Source of the DNA: Candidatus Woesebacteria bacterium
GTDB lineage: Bacteria > Patescibacteriota > Microgenomatia > UBA8517
Assembly (NCBI GenBank): GCA_003484955.1
Contig: DMZH01000001.1
Location: forward strand, 87,848 to 151,847
Direction: 5' to 3'
DNA length: 64,000 nucleotides
This document shows, piece by piece, positions 39,584-49,026 of the stretch. The notes below the pieces were generated by a model. The model was not told the DNA's origin and searched no databases. It saw nothing but the letters and a program-made list of their open reading frames with translations. Every line of letters starts with the position of its first letter. Position 1 is the stretch's first letter. The position numbers and the translations under genes were made by a program.

Positions 39584-41512
39584 TTACTCTACAACCTCTC
39601 CCTCTTCAACCCCTTCAGCAGGCTCAGGACCTTTGGTGCTTCCATTTTGGCCAGCGCCTCCGGCTTTCTCGTCTTTTTTGTCAGATTTATCTCCTTCTTT
39701 TGGTTCTTCAGTTTTCTGATACATAGCTTGTCCAATTTGGGAAAGTGTATCACTCAAGTCTTTCGTTGCAGCTTCAATCTCTTCCTTGTTGGAACCTTCT
39801 TTTTCCAAAACTTCTTTAACTTTTTTAACTTTTTCCTCAACCTGCTCTTTCACTTTTGCGTCAACTTTATCTCCCGCATCTTTCAGAGATTTTTCGGCTG
39901 TTGCTACCATTGCATCAGCGCTATTTTTAGCCTTAATTATGTCTGCTTTCTTTTCATCCTCTTCCTTGTGCTTTTCAGCCTCTTCCTGCATCCTTTTAAT
40001 TTCATCTTCAGAAAGTCCAACTGCTCCTGTAATTTTAATGTTTTGGGTCTTTCCCGTTGCTTTATCTTTAGCGGTAACCGTCAAAATTCCGGAGGCATCC
40101 ATATCAAAAGTAACTTCAACCTGAGGCACTCCACGGGGAGCCGGAGGGATTCCGTCCAAAATAAATGTTCCAAGAGTCTTATTGTCAGCGCTCATTGGCC
40201 TCTCTCCCTGGGTCACCACAATCTGAACCTGGGTTTGATTATCGGCGGCTGTTGAAAACACTTCGGTCTTACTGGTCGGAACCGTAGTGTTCCTTGGAAT
40301 CATTGGTGTAGCCACTCCTCCCAATGTTTCAATTGCAAGGGTTAATGGGGTGACATCAAGCAAAAGAATGTCTTTTACTTCTCCGCCAAGTACTCCGCCC
40401 TGAATAGCAGCCCCGATGGCAACAACTTCATCGGGATTGACAGATTGGTTGGCGCCTTTGCCAAAGAAGTTTTTAACGGTTTCTACAACTTTAGGCATCC
40501 TGGTCATACCTCCAACCATTATCACCTCATCAATATCGTGAACGTCGAGCTTAGCATCTTTAAGACAAGCCTCAACCGGTTTAATTGTTTTTTGGATAAG
40601 CTCATCAACCAAGCTTTCAAGTTTTGCGCGGGTCAGCTTCATTGTCAGATGAAGAGGGGAGCCGTCGCGCTGAGTGATATAGGGTTGATTAATTTCAACT
40701 TCATTAGCAGCGGAAAGTTCTATTTTTGCCTTCTCTGCGGCGTCCCTCACTCTTTGAAGAGCTTGGGAGTCGGCCCTCAGGTCTACTGAATTTTCTTTTT
40801 TGAATTCGGAAACTATATAATCAACAATGACTGCATCAAAATCGTCTCCTCCAAGATGGGTATCGCCATTTGTGGCTTTAACTTCAAACACTCCGTCTCC
40901 AAGCTCAAGTATTGAGATGTCAAAAGTTCCACCTCCAAGGTCATATACCGCAATTTTATGGGCATTCTTTTTGTCCATTCCGTAGGCCAAGGCTGCAGCG
41001 GTTGGCTCATTAATAATCCTCTCGACTTTGAGCCCTGCAATCTCTCCTGCCTGTTTTGTTGCCTGACGCTGAGCATCATCGAAGTAAGCGGGAACCGTAA
41101 TGACTGCCTGATCAATTTTCTCACCAAGATAGGCTTCTGCGTCTTTTTTAAGCTTCATCAGAATTCTTGCTGAAATTTCTTGAGGAGTATAGTTCTTACC
41201 TTCAACTTCAACGTCAGCCATTCCGCTTTTACCGTTAACAACTTTATAGGGAACCATTTCGATTGTCCTTTTAACCTCTTTGTCCTCAAATCTTCTTCCC
41301 ATTAAACGTTTGACTGAATAAATGGTATTTTTTCCATTAAGAATCATTTGGCGCTTTCCAACATCCCCCACCAGATTCTTAACAGGTTCCACAACCGAAG
41401 GTGTGGTGTTCCTGCCGGTATCTCCCGCTGCTATAACTTTGGGGCGTCCGCCCTCCATCACCGCAACACAAGAATTTGTTGTTCCTAAATCAATTCCAAT
41501 GATTTTTCCCAT
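39584..41512 (-). CDS. dnaK: Chaperone DnaK (Hsp70)
   Basis: [21 protein letters not shown] and [10 protein letters not shown] motifs. 642 aa. Confidence 0.97.
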   Translation of the reverse strand: MGKIIGIDLGTTNSCVAVMEGGRPKVIAAGDTGRNTTPSVVEPVKNLVGDVGKRQMILNGKNTIYSVKRLMGRRFEDKEVKRTIEMVPYKVVNGKSGMADVEVEGKNYTPQEISARILMKLKKDAEAYLGEKIDQAVITVPAYFDDAQRQATKQAGEIAGLKVERIINEPTAAALAYGMDKKNAHKIAVYDLGGGTFDISILELGDGVFEVKATNGDTHLGGDDFDAVIVDYIVSEFKKENSVDLRADSQALQRVRDAAEKAKIELSAANEVEINQPYITQRDGSPLHLTMKLTRAKLESLVDELIQKTIKPVEACLKDAKLDVHDIDEVIMVGGMTRMPKVVETVKNFFGKGANQSVNPDEVVAIGAAIQGGVLGGEVKDILLLDVTPLTLAIETLGGVATPMIPRNTTVPTSKTEVFSTAADNQTQVQIVVTQGERPMSADNKTLGTFILDGIPPAPRGVPQVEVTFDMDASGILTVTAKDKATGKTQNIKITGAVGLSEDEIKRMQEEAEKHKEEDEKKADIIKAKNSADAMVATAEKSLKDAGDKVDAKVKEQVEEKVKKVKEVLEKEGSNKEEIEAATKDLSDTLSQIGQAMYQKTEEPKEGDKSDKKDEKAGGAGQNGSTKGPEPAEGVEEGEVVE

Positions 41513-41521
41513 ATATTTATA

Positions 41522-41968
41522 TTAATTATTTTTCTTTGAAACTTTCACCTTAGCGTGTCGTACCACCGTTCCGTCTTCAAATTTCCAACCGATCAAAATT
41601 GTCTCTGCTATTGTATTATCACTCGTGCCAGGTACAACTTCAATAGCCTCCATTGTATTTTCGTCAAATGATTCACCTATTTTTGGTTTTATTTCAACTA
41701 GACCCTCTTCATTTAAAACTTTCTTAAATTCCAATATTGATATTGCAAGTCCCTGATCTTTAAGGTGTACTTGCGCACTTTCCAGATTATCAATGACCGG
41801 TAAAAGTTTAATTATTACCCCAACCGATGCTATTTTAATCAAATCCTGCCTCTCTCTGTCAACCCTTTTATTCAAATTATCATAATCAGCCAGCGCTCTT
41901 GCAAGCATTGCCTTAACACTCTCCAATTCTTTGTGTATTTTATCTGTTGTTTTTTTACCTTTTGTCAT
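41522..41968 (-). CDS. grpE: Nucleotide exchange factor GrpE
   Basis: Coiled-coil N-terminus and GrpE C-terminal beta domain. Position between hrcA and dnaK. Confidence 0.85.
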   Translation of the reverse strand: MTKGKKTTDKIHKELESVKAMLARALADYDNLNKRVDRERQDLIKIASVGVIIKLLPVIDNLESAQVHLKDQGLAISILEFKKVLNEEGLVEIKPKIGESFDENTMEAIEVVPGTSDNTIAETILIGWKFEDGTVVRHAKVKVSKKNN

Positions 41969-41970
41969 TT

Positions 41971-42723
41971 TTACCGATTTACAACTTCTTCAATTAAATT
42001 CCCGAAATATCTCAAAATTGGAATTACTGTTCCATAATTTGCTCTGGCTGGTCCGATTACCCCCAACGCACCTTTCTTACCTCTAACATCAAAGTGTGTT
42101 GAAACAATTCCCGTTAAAGACAATTCCGGAATTCCCAGCTCTTCCCCAAAAAGAACTTCGAGAGGAGAAGCTGACTCAAATCCAAAAAATAACCTGTCTA
42201 GTTTATCAAATTCCTCAAATATGGAAAATAGGTTCTGGCAACTTACTACGCTCGAAAATTCAGGGTTTTGGAAAACGTAGGAGTGACCTGCATACCAAAA
42301 CCTGTCTTTTTTTCCGCCTTGAGCAGTATTTTCTTTGATGGCTGCCACAGCTAAAGACCTTGTTCTGGAAGCCAGCGCATGGGTCGCCTCGTCCATCAAT
42401 TCATCCACATCATCACGTGCATCCCAAACTTCTTCTTTTGCCTTAACCTCGTCAACAACACTCATTTGTTTTTCTTCCATAAGCTGATTTATATAGAACC
42501 TCATCGCAACCGGAGTGGGAATCCTTCCGGCGGAGGCGTGGGGTTGTTTAAGAAAGTTTAGTTTTGTCAAAGATGCCATCTCATTCCTGATAGTCGCTGG
42601 GGAGACGCCAAGATTGTATTTTTTATCGAGTGCCTCCGAACCGACGGGTTCAGCTGTTGTAATATACTCGTCAACTATCGTTTTTAGAATCTGTGTTTGT
42701 CTTGATGTAAGTCCGTCAACCAT
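41971..42723 (-). CDS. hrcA: Heat-inducible transcription repressor HrcA (short)
   Basis: LTSRQTQILKTIVDEYITTAEPVGSEAL winged-helix N-terminus. CIRCE-like element upstream. Confidence 0.85.
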   Translation of the reverse strand: MVDGLTSRQTQILKTIVDEYITTAEPVGSEALDKKYNLGVSPATIRNEMASLTKLNFLKQPHASAGRIPTPVAMRFYINQLMEEKQMSVVDEVKAKEEVWDARDDVDELMDEATHALASRTRSLAVAAIKENTAQGGKKDRFWYAGHSYVFQNPEFSSVVSCQNLFSIFEEFDKLDRLFFGFESASPLEVLFGEELGIPELSLTGIVSTHFDVRGKKGALGVIGPARANYGTVIPILRYFGNLIEEVVNR

Positions 42724-42745
42724 ATTAAGTAACAGTGCTTCACAC

Positions 42746-42772
42746 TTAGCAGTATGATAGACCGAGTGCTAA
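42746..42772. promoter_or_regulatory. CIRCE-like inverted repeat TTAGCAGTA-N9-GAGTGCTAA (HrcA operator)
   Basis: Read from sequence. Right arm matches the CIRCE consensus GAGTGCTAA exactly. Left arm is 7/9 to TTAGCACTC. Lies 23 nt upstream of hrcA. Confidence 0.6.
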
Positions 42773-42782
42773 TGGTTGTCAA
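42754..42782 (-). promoter_or_regulatory. Sigma70-like promoter TTGACA-17-TATCAT for the hrcA operon, overlapping CIRCE and the murJ stop
   Basis: -35 at 42782..42777. -10 at 42759..42754, on minus strand. Confidence 0.35.
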
Positions 42783-44506
42783 GTCCCGCTTGGAGTTTCA
42801 GTTGTGGGTGAAATAGGTTCCTGTTCCTTTGAGGGTAGAGGGGGTAATACCCTTTTAACAATAATTTTATTAGCAAGATTTAGGAAATATCTGGCTTCGT
42901 CTACTTTAAAGAGAAGTGTCAGAAGAATATAGATTACAAGGCCTACCAAAAATGTAACTCCGGTCAAAATTATCACATTTCCGGTATAGCGCGTATCGAG
43001 AACGAATTTTTCGAACGGGAAAGTGCTTGTGGCATCAATTCCCCCTAAAAACGAAAGTCTTTTAACCCAAACAGATTTGTCAAAGATTTTAAGCATGAAG
43101 TACATTGCACCTCCGGAAATGATTGTCGCCACAAAAATTTTTAGAGTGTGAGTTATAAACTTTAAGTTGATAATTTCCCCAATTCTTTTATCAATTAGTA
43201 TCATTAGTATTACCGATTCCACTAATACACTTAGCGCAAACGCCGCGGCAAGCGCCCAAACATCCAAATGAAAACCCTTAACCAAGATAAAGTCCCCTAT
43301 AACCAAAATCACAAGTCCGATAAAAGAAACCTTAACCGGAGTTTTTGTGTCATGCAGCGCGAAAAATGAACGGGCAAGAATCGACATTAAAGTTTGGAAA
43401 ACCACCGAAACTGCAAAGACAGAGAGAACTGTTCCTGTCTGCACCGTCGAATTCCAATCGAAAATTTTTGTCCCGTAAATAAGCCTGACAACAGGAACCC
43501 TCAGTGCAATTAATGCAGCAGCGAAAGGCAGTGTAAAAAACATTGCTTGGTAGATTGCAACCAGGAGAATTTTTCTGAATTCCTTTTTATCACCGTCTGC
43601 ATTCGAAAGCATGGGGAGAACAGCTTTGGCGAGCGACGTACCAAAAAGCGTTACCGGAAGAAGTTGTAGCGAATTTGCGAAAGTGTAGTAGGTGTAAGAA
43701 GCCTGAGAAATAATAGATGACAGAAAAAGTTCAGTGCTTTTTCCTATCTGATCAAATGCCAGATCGATAACCCTAGGAAGCGCCAACTGTCCGATTTTTT
43801 TGACTCCATCATCCGGTTTAAAATCCCAAGTAAATCTAAAACCAAGTTTTCGGGAAAGCGGATACTGAATAATAAAATGGGCAAAAGCTCCTATTACAAC
43901 ACCGACTGCCGGGGCGGTTAAGCCAAGGCGCGGTGTCAAAACAACCGTACCCAAGATTATTCCAAGATTGTAAAAGATGGGTGCCAAGGCAGGCACTAAA
44001 AAGCGCCTTGAGGATTCCAAAACACCTGTTAAAACGTAGCTAACTACAAAAAATCCTTGGGCTGCAAAAAGGATTCTGGCAAGAAACGCTATTTCTGCGC
44101 TTCCCGCCGGTCCATAGCCTGGAGCTATAACTGAATAAATCTTTGTCGCAAAAATTCCGACCACCGCAACTGCAAAAAGGAAAATGGCAAGTCCTATCGA
44201 AACAACTTTTCCGGCTAAAAGCCATGCTTTTGAGTCCCCTTCTTTCAGCGTTTTTGTAAAAACAGGGATAAAAGCCGAAGAAAAAGTTCCGAAAACCAGG
44301 ATTTGGAAAATTGCGTCAGGGAGTCTGAAGGCGGCAAAGAATAGAGAAAGCGAATCCGGAGTAAAATAACTTGCCAAAACCCTTTGTCTTACAAGCCCCA
44401 GGATCATGGAAAAGGCGATCATAATCATAATGAGAGTGGCTGCAGACAAAACAGAGTTTTGTTGAGAATTTATAATCTTTTTACCTTTAGCAATCAGATT
44501 TTCCAT
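42779..44506 (-). CDS. murJ: Lipid II flippase MurJ (MviN)
   Basis: 14-TM MOP-family profile. N-terminal LSAATLIMIMIAFSMILGLVRQRVLASYF...AFRLPDAIFQIL is typical of MurJ. Confidence 0.85.
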   Translation of the reverse strand: MENLIAKGKKIINSQQNSVLSAATLIMIMIAFSMILGLVRQRVLASYFTPDSLSLFFAAFRLPDAIFQILVFGTFSSAFIPVFTKTLKEGDSKAWLLAGKVVSIGLAIFLFAVAVVGIFATKIYSVIAPGYGPAGSAEIAFLARILFAAQGFFVVSYVLTGVLESSRRFLVPALAPIFYNLGIILGTVVLTPRLGLTAPAVGVVIGAFAHFIIQYPLSRKLGFRFTWDFKPDDGVKKIGQLALPRVIDLAFDQIGKSTELFLSSIISQASYTYYTFANSLQLLPVTLFGTSLAKAVLPMLSNADGDKKEFRKILLVAIYQAMFFTLPFAAALIALRVPVVRLIYGTKIFDWNSTVQTGTVLSVFAVSVVFQTLMSILARSFFALHDTKTPVKVSFIGLVILVIGDFILVKGFHLDVWALAAAFALSVLVESVILMILIDKRIGEIINLKFITHTLKIFVATIISGGAMYFMLKIFDKSVWVKRLSFLGGIDATSTFPFEKFVLDTRYTGNVIILTGVTFLVGLVIYILLTLLFKVDEARYFLNLANKIIVKRVLPPLPSKEQEPISPTTETPSGT

Positions 44507-44579
44507 GTTCTAATAAAATTAGGTGTCAGCGTTCAATTCACTCGCTTACCGATGCAAGATTCGATCTTGAATGCTGTCA

Positions 44580-44608
44580 TTGATATTCTAGCTTCTTTGT
44601 CATATACT
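44580..44608 (+). promoter_or_regulatory. Sigma70-like promoter TTGATA-17-TATACT upstream of rpsT
   Basis: -35 at 44580..44585. -10 at 44603..44608. rpsT ATG at 44653. Confidence 0.45.
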
Positions 44609-44652
44609 AACAACCGTAAAATGATTTCAAATTTTACATTTGTAAAACAAAT

Positions 44653-44946
44653 ATGCCAGTAACAAAAACAGCCAAAAGAGCCCTTAGGGGTTCAAAAAAT
44701 AAAACCCAAGTTAATAAGATTTTGGTTAAAAAGCTTGAGATTGCTATCCGTGTGGCTAAAAAATCCAAAAATAACGAAAAAGTGTTGACTGCGGTTTCCT
44801 TGGCTGATCGTGCCGCAAAAAAAAGGATAATCCACAGAAATAAGGCTGCTAGAATTAAGTCTCAGCTTTCCAGATTGGTTTCTGTAAAGACTGCTCCGAA
44901 ATCGGCAAAAAGCCCCTCAAAGAAAGCCTCCGCAAAGAAAAAATAA
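44653..44946 (+). CDS. rpsT: 30S ribosomal protein S20 (K/A-rich C-terminal extension)
   Basis: KTAKRALRGSKNKTQVNK...AARIKSQLSRL is S20-like. Confidence 0.9.
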   Translation: MPVTKTAKRALRGSKNKTQVNKILVKKLEIAIRVAKKSKNNEKVLTAVSLADRAAKKRIIHRNKAARIKSQLSRLVSVKTAPKSAKSPSKKASAKKK

Positions 44947-45021
44947 GCTTTTTCAAAAAGAACTTCTTTCACGCTTTTACATGTGCTATATTGATTTGGA
45001 GCCTTTGGTTGTATTTAAATC

Positions 45022-45552
45022 ATGCCCAAAAACAAAGCTATAAATCTACTTCCCCAAGAGGAATTTAATGCCTCAACTGCAGGACGGGTTTTGAGGTGGG
45101 CTACGAGTACCTTCCGTATAATCGTAATTGTTACCGAAATGGTGGTCATGGGAGCATTCTTATCACGATTTTGGCTGGATGCTCAAAATTCGGATTTAAA
45201 CAATTCTATTAAGGTAAAAAGTGCACAAATTTCTTCACAGGCTGATTTTGAGAAAAAATTTAGGGAAATACAAGCAAAACTGAATATTTTTGACAAGATT
45301 AGTCAAGATCAAGACACTTCAAAGGTTATTGAGAAAATCGCAGATAATGTTCCGGAAAACATTATCTTATCAAGAATATCTCTTACAAAAGGAGCCGTTG
45401 AAATTCGCGGATCATCATTTTCTGATTTCAGTATTGTTCAGTTCATCAACAACTTACAAAGCGATCCATTCAAAAAGGTTGAGCTGGGACAGGTGAGTTC
45501 ATCGGAAATCAATTCAGGGGAAACTGTTTTCGTAATTAATATTACATACTAA
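45022..45552 (+). CDS. PilN-like type IV pilus assembly protein
   Basis: N-terminal AINLLPQEE (INLLP motif) followed by a single TM. Size ~176 aa. Confidence 0.6.
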   Translation: MPKNKAINLLPQEEFNASTAGRVLRWATSTFRIIVIVTEMVVMGAFLSRFWLDAQNSDLNNSIKVKSAQISSQADFEKKFREIQAKLNIFDKISQDQDTSKVIEKIADNVPENIILSRISLTKGAVEIRGSSFSDFSIVQFINNLQSDPFKKVELGQVSSSEINSGETVFVINITY

Positions 45553-45556
45553 AATT

Positions 45557-46216
45557 ATGGCAACCGGTTGGAGATCATCATATTATCGATATAAAGAGTT
45601 ATTTTTAAACGTTTCTGATCTTTATAAAAAAAGGGCAGATCTTCGGGCGTTTTTGGAGATAGTTTTGTCAATCGTGGCAGTAATTGTGTTTCTGCTTTTT
45701 GCCTTAAAGCCAACTGCTCTAACCATTATTAGTCTGACCCAACAGATTAAGGAGGAAAAGCAAACACTGTCTGTTCTTACGAAAAAGGCTAGCGATCTAC
45801 AAAAGGCCAACACACTCTTGGCACAAAACAGCATATATGAAGACAACATTAATATTGCGGTTTCTTCCACTCCAATCCCGGACATCTTTGCCAAACAAAT
45901 CGAAGGTCTGGCTGTAAAAGACGGTATAGATTTAATGGGACTTGCCATTAATGACGTCATTTTAATTGGTAAAAATAAAACCGTCAGAGTATCCGGTGAA
46001 TTCAAGCCGCTACCGGAAAACGCGAACGAAATGGGATTCTCCATCAGCATAAGAGGCAACTATGCGAATATTGATAGTTTTTTGAGAGATTTTGAAAATA
46101 TGAGAATGATATCGGCAATCGACAGTGTAACAATTAACTCTTCCGTAACGGATGCGGGAAGAGTTATAGTTGCTGTAATTTCAGGCAGGGTTCCATACCT
46201 GGGTAGCAATCAATAA
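45557..46216 (+). CDS. PilO-like membrane protein (coiled coil + TM + C-terminal domain)
   Basis: Directly follows the PilN-like gene. Short cytoplasmic N-terminus, TM (LEIVLSIVAVIVFLLFAL), coiled-coil, then a domain of PilO size. Tentative. Confidence 0.4.
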   Translation: MATGWRSSYYRYKELFLNVSDLYKKRADLRAFLEIVLSIVAVIVFLLFALKPTALTIISLTQQIKEEKQTLSVLTKKASDLQKANTLLAQNSIYEDNINIAVSSTPIPDIFAKQIEGLAVKDGIDLMGLAINDVILIGKNKTVRVSGEFKPLPENANEMGFSISIRGNYANIDSFLRDFENMRMISAIDSVTINSSVTDAGRVIVAVISGRVPYLGSNQ

Positions 46217-46218
46217 TT

Positions 46219-46539
46219 ATGAAGAAAAATTCTCTTCCAAAACCAATAACAATTTTAGTTTTGACTCTTCTCACGGCTATTGTTTGGGTAAGTTTAAATA
46301 TTTACCGCGCAGTTACAGTTAAACCAAACACCACTGTTCCGGAAAATATTTCTCAGTCTTTAAATCCTGTTCTTAACACTCAAGTTATACAAAAAATTGA
46401 GTCTGCTATTTTTCTCCCTGATTCAGAAATTCCTCAAATTTCAACGGGTGGAACCCAAACAGCCGCTCCGACTTCGACACCAATAGCGACACCTACCACA
46501 ATAATTGAAGCGTCACCTAGTGCCTCACCGCAACCTTAG
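46219..46539 (+). CDS. Small N-terminally anchored protein with T/P/S-rich tail
   Basis: 106 aa. KPITILVLTLLTAIVWV anchor. 2-nt spacing to neighbouring genes. Confidence 0.3.
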   Translation: MKKNSLPKPITILVLTLLTAIVWVSLNIYRAVTVKPNTTVPENISQSLNPVLNTQVIQKIESAIFLPDSEIPQISTGGTQTAAPTSTPIATPTTIIEASPSASPQP

Positions 46540-46541
46540 AT

Positions 46542-47897
46542 ATGATCAAAAAAAGCAAGATCCCCACAATTTTAGGAATACTAATACTTCTTGGGGGTGT
46601 CTTTGCAGGAGTAATTCTTTTAAAAAATACTCAAATATTTAAAATTGGGGCCAACCCCACCGCAATCCCTAAAAACGTCAGAGTGAGTAACCTTTCCGAT
46701 TCTTCAGCCACAGTTTCATGGATTACAGAAGACCAAACAACAGATTTTATTTCCTACGGCACGAGTCCGAATACAAGTACTATTGTCAATGAAAGTGAAG
46801 GGAATCAGAAGTTTTTTACACACAGTATTACAATAACCGGACTCAATCCTGAAACAAATTATTATTTTGAGATAAACTCAAATGGTACGGCTCACGACAA
46901 TAATGGCATTCCGTGGCAATTTTCAACAGGCAAGGCTCTATCCATCAGCCAAGTATCAATTCCAATTTCGGGGTCAGTAATTACGGCTTCTGGACAACCA
47001 GAGAAAAGGGCAATCCTTTACGTTACTGTTGGTGGTTACGTCATCTCCACACTGACTTCAGATAATGGTACTTTTGTTTTACAACTTGGATCAGTACGCA
47101 CCACAGATCTTTCTACTTATGCTCAGACAGATCCTGCCAAAACACTTCTGGAAATTTCCGTAACAACCGGGAGAGGGGAAACGGCGACTGCAAAAATATT
47201 TCCCCAATCGGCCAACCCGATTCCAACTTTGATAGTCGGACAGGATCAGGATTTTAGGAGTTTACAACCTACCGGATCCGGCCAAAACCCGGACGCAGAT
47301 TTGAATCTCCCTGAGGCAGCTACAGCAGAGTCTAAATTTGATGTCTCCAAAATCAAAATCGACTCATCTAAAACTGTAACATTGGACAGTGTAAATGAAG
47401 GGGAAACTGTCACGAGCGACAAGCCTCAATTTTTTGGCGACGGACCAACCGGAGAAAAAATAACCATTACTGTTCATTCCGAAACTGAGATTGCCGGTAC
47501 AACCACAGTTTTATCAAATGGATCATGGAACTGGTCCCCGCCCACCAACCTTTCGGAAGGGCCACACACAGTCACAATTTCCTGGATCGATACTTCCGGT
47601 ATAACAAGAACCCTAACGCGAAACTTTGTGGTTCAAGCAGGAGAACTTCCTGCTTTTGTTGCGTCTTCATCCGCGACACCAACCTCAACCAAATCGCCAA
47701 CTCCTGCACCCGTCAAATCCCCCAGTTCATCACCGGTTAAAACAACACCCACAGCAATATCTACTAGCACTTCCACTGCAACACCGGCTGCTCTGCCACA
47801 ATCCGGAAGCTTGACTCCGACGATTTTGTTATTTATGATGGGATTAGGAGTCTTATCGTTTAGTTTCTATACTTGGAAAACATCCAAAGATAATTAA
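46542..47897 (+). CDS. Surface protein: N-terminal anchor, fibronectin type III-like domain, C-terminal ALPQSG + TM + KTSKDN sortase-type sorting signal
   Basis: VRVSNLSDSSATVSWITED...YGTSPN...TGLNPETNYYFEI is FN3-like. LPQSG at 47793..47807, followed by a hydrophobic stretch and a basic tail. Confidence 0.6.
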   Translation: MIKKSKIPTILGILILLGGVFAGVILLKNTQIFKIGANPTAIPKNVRVSNLSDSSATVSWITEDQTTDFISYGTSPNTSTIVNESEGNQKFFTHSITITGLNPETNYYFEINSNGTAHDNNGIPWQFSTGKALSISQVSIPISGSVITASGQPEKRAILYVTVGGYVISTLTSDNGTFVLQLGSVRTTDLSTYAQTDPAKTLLEISVTTGRGETATAKIFPQSANPIPTLIVGQDQDFRSLQPTGSGQNPDADLNLPEAATAESKFDVSKIKIDSSKTVTLDSVNEGETVTSDKPQFFGDGPTGEKITITVHSETEIAGTTTVLSNGSWNWSPPTNLSEGPHTVTISWIDTSGITRTLTRNFVVQAGELPAFVASSSATPTSTKSPTPAPVKSPSSSPVKTTPTAISTSTSTATPAALPQSGSLTPTILLFMMGLGVLSFSFYTWKTSKDN

Positions 47898-47901
47898 TAT
47901 C

Positions 47902-49023
47902 GTGCCCAATCAAAATCAACCTGATCCGAATCAAAATACGCAGCAAAATGTAGGTGGTGGCGTTCCTTTCTCGCCGCAAGCAGATTTACCACCACTTCCC
48001 CCTGAATTTCAAAATATACAAAATGAAGGAGTAGATAAAAATCAAGCTTCACCCGCCGAAGCTCCAACGAATGAGGGTTCAGCAGCCCCACCAGCACCGG
48101 ACATTTCTAATATTGTGCCCTCCCCAAAGAAAAAATTTGGGACAGGGAAAATAATTGCAACAATACTTAGTATTTTCTTACTTGTAGGCGGTGTTGGGGC
48201 AGGAATAATTCTAACCCAACAAAAGCAATTATTTCAACAAAAGGCCGAGACCACACAAACGTGTGAGAGCAAGGGACAAGTGTATTGCGGAGGCTGTATT
48301 AATAGTTGTGTTCCATATGAAGACTTTAATATTGAGGGCCAAACAGTTGGTTGTAATTATCTTATCCAAAAAAGATGCGGGTCAGTTGTTGTTCCTGGAG
48401 AAAATCAAACCTATTGTGATTCAAACGGCTGCACAGGAAGTTCTGCAAATAACTGTGTTGTCAACCGATATCGCTGCGACCGCAACAAAGATCTTAGTTC
48501 CGGGTGCCAGGACATTGTAACCGGTGGTCCAACGTATGACACCCTGAATTTTCAAGAAAGTTGTGGGGCAGAACAGATTGATGTTGCTTGTGGTGGTACT
48601 ACTGTCGATTTTGTCTCAAAAATTTATGCGAATGCCTGTACGACAACAACGCCAACTCCCTCCACACCCACCCCAACCACTCCTACTCCAACCACACCCA
48701 CTCCAAGAACTCCTACACCCCCCATTGTGGCAGCCCCTTACTGCGGGGCAGTTCTGGCGTATGATTCAAGCTGGAAGTCTCTTTCGTCAACCCAGCTTTC
48801 TGCTCTTAAGGAAGGTGATTCTATAAACTTTTGTGTATCCGGCAACACAACCTCGGGCACTTTTGATATGGCACGCTTTACCATCAATGGAACTCAAATG
48901 CCGGATACTACAACCAAAAGACCCAATTCTGTAGATTTTTGTCAGTCTTATACAATTCCCAGTGGCAAAACAACATTTACGATTTCGGCTAAAATACACC
49001 ATTCAACGTTGGGGTGGTTTTAA
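47902..49023 (+). CDS. Membrane-anchored Cys-rich extracytoplasmic protein with P/Q-rich cytoplasmic N-terminus and TP-repeat linker
   Basis: ~85-aa low-complexity N-terminus, TM (IIATILSIFLLVGGVGAGIIL), ~20 Cys in the ectodomain, (TPTP)n linker. Confidence 0.5.
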   Translation: MPNQNQPDPNQNTQQNVGGGVPFSPQADLPPLPPEFQNIQNEGVDKNQASPAEAPTNEGSAAPPAPDISNIVPSPKKKFGTGKIIATILSIFLLVGGVGAGIILTQQKQLFQQKAETTQTCESKGQVYCGGCINSCVPYEDFNIEGQTVGCNYLIQKRCGSVVVPGENQTYCDSNGCTGSSANNCVVNRYRCDRNKDLSSGCQDIVTGGPTYDTLNFQESCGAEQIDVACGGTTVDFVSKIYANACTTTTPTPSTPTPTTPTPTTPTPRTPTPPIVAAPYCGAVLAYDSSWKSLSSTQLSALKEGDSINFCVSGNTTSGTFDMARFTINGTQMPDTTTKRPNSVDFCQSYTIPSGKTTFTISAKIHHSTLGWF

Positions 49024-49026
49024 AAT

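Noticed and set aside
45622-46059. 145-aa minus-strand ORF antisense to the PilO-like gene
   Set aside because: It has no motifs. It lies antisense within a gene that is part of a tightly spaced plus-strand operon.
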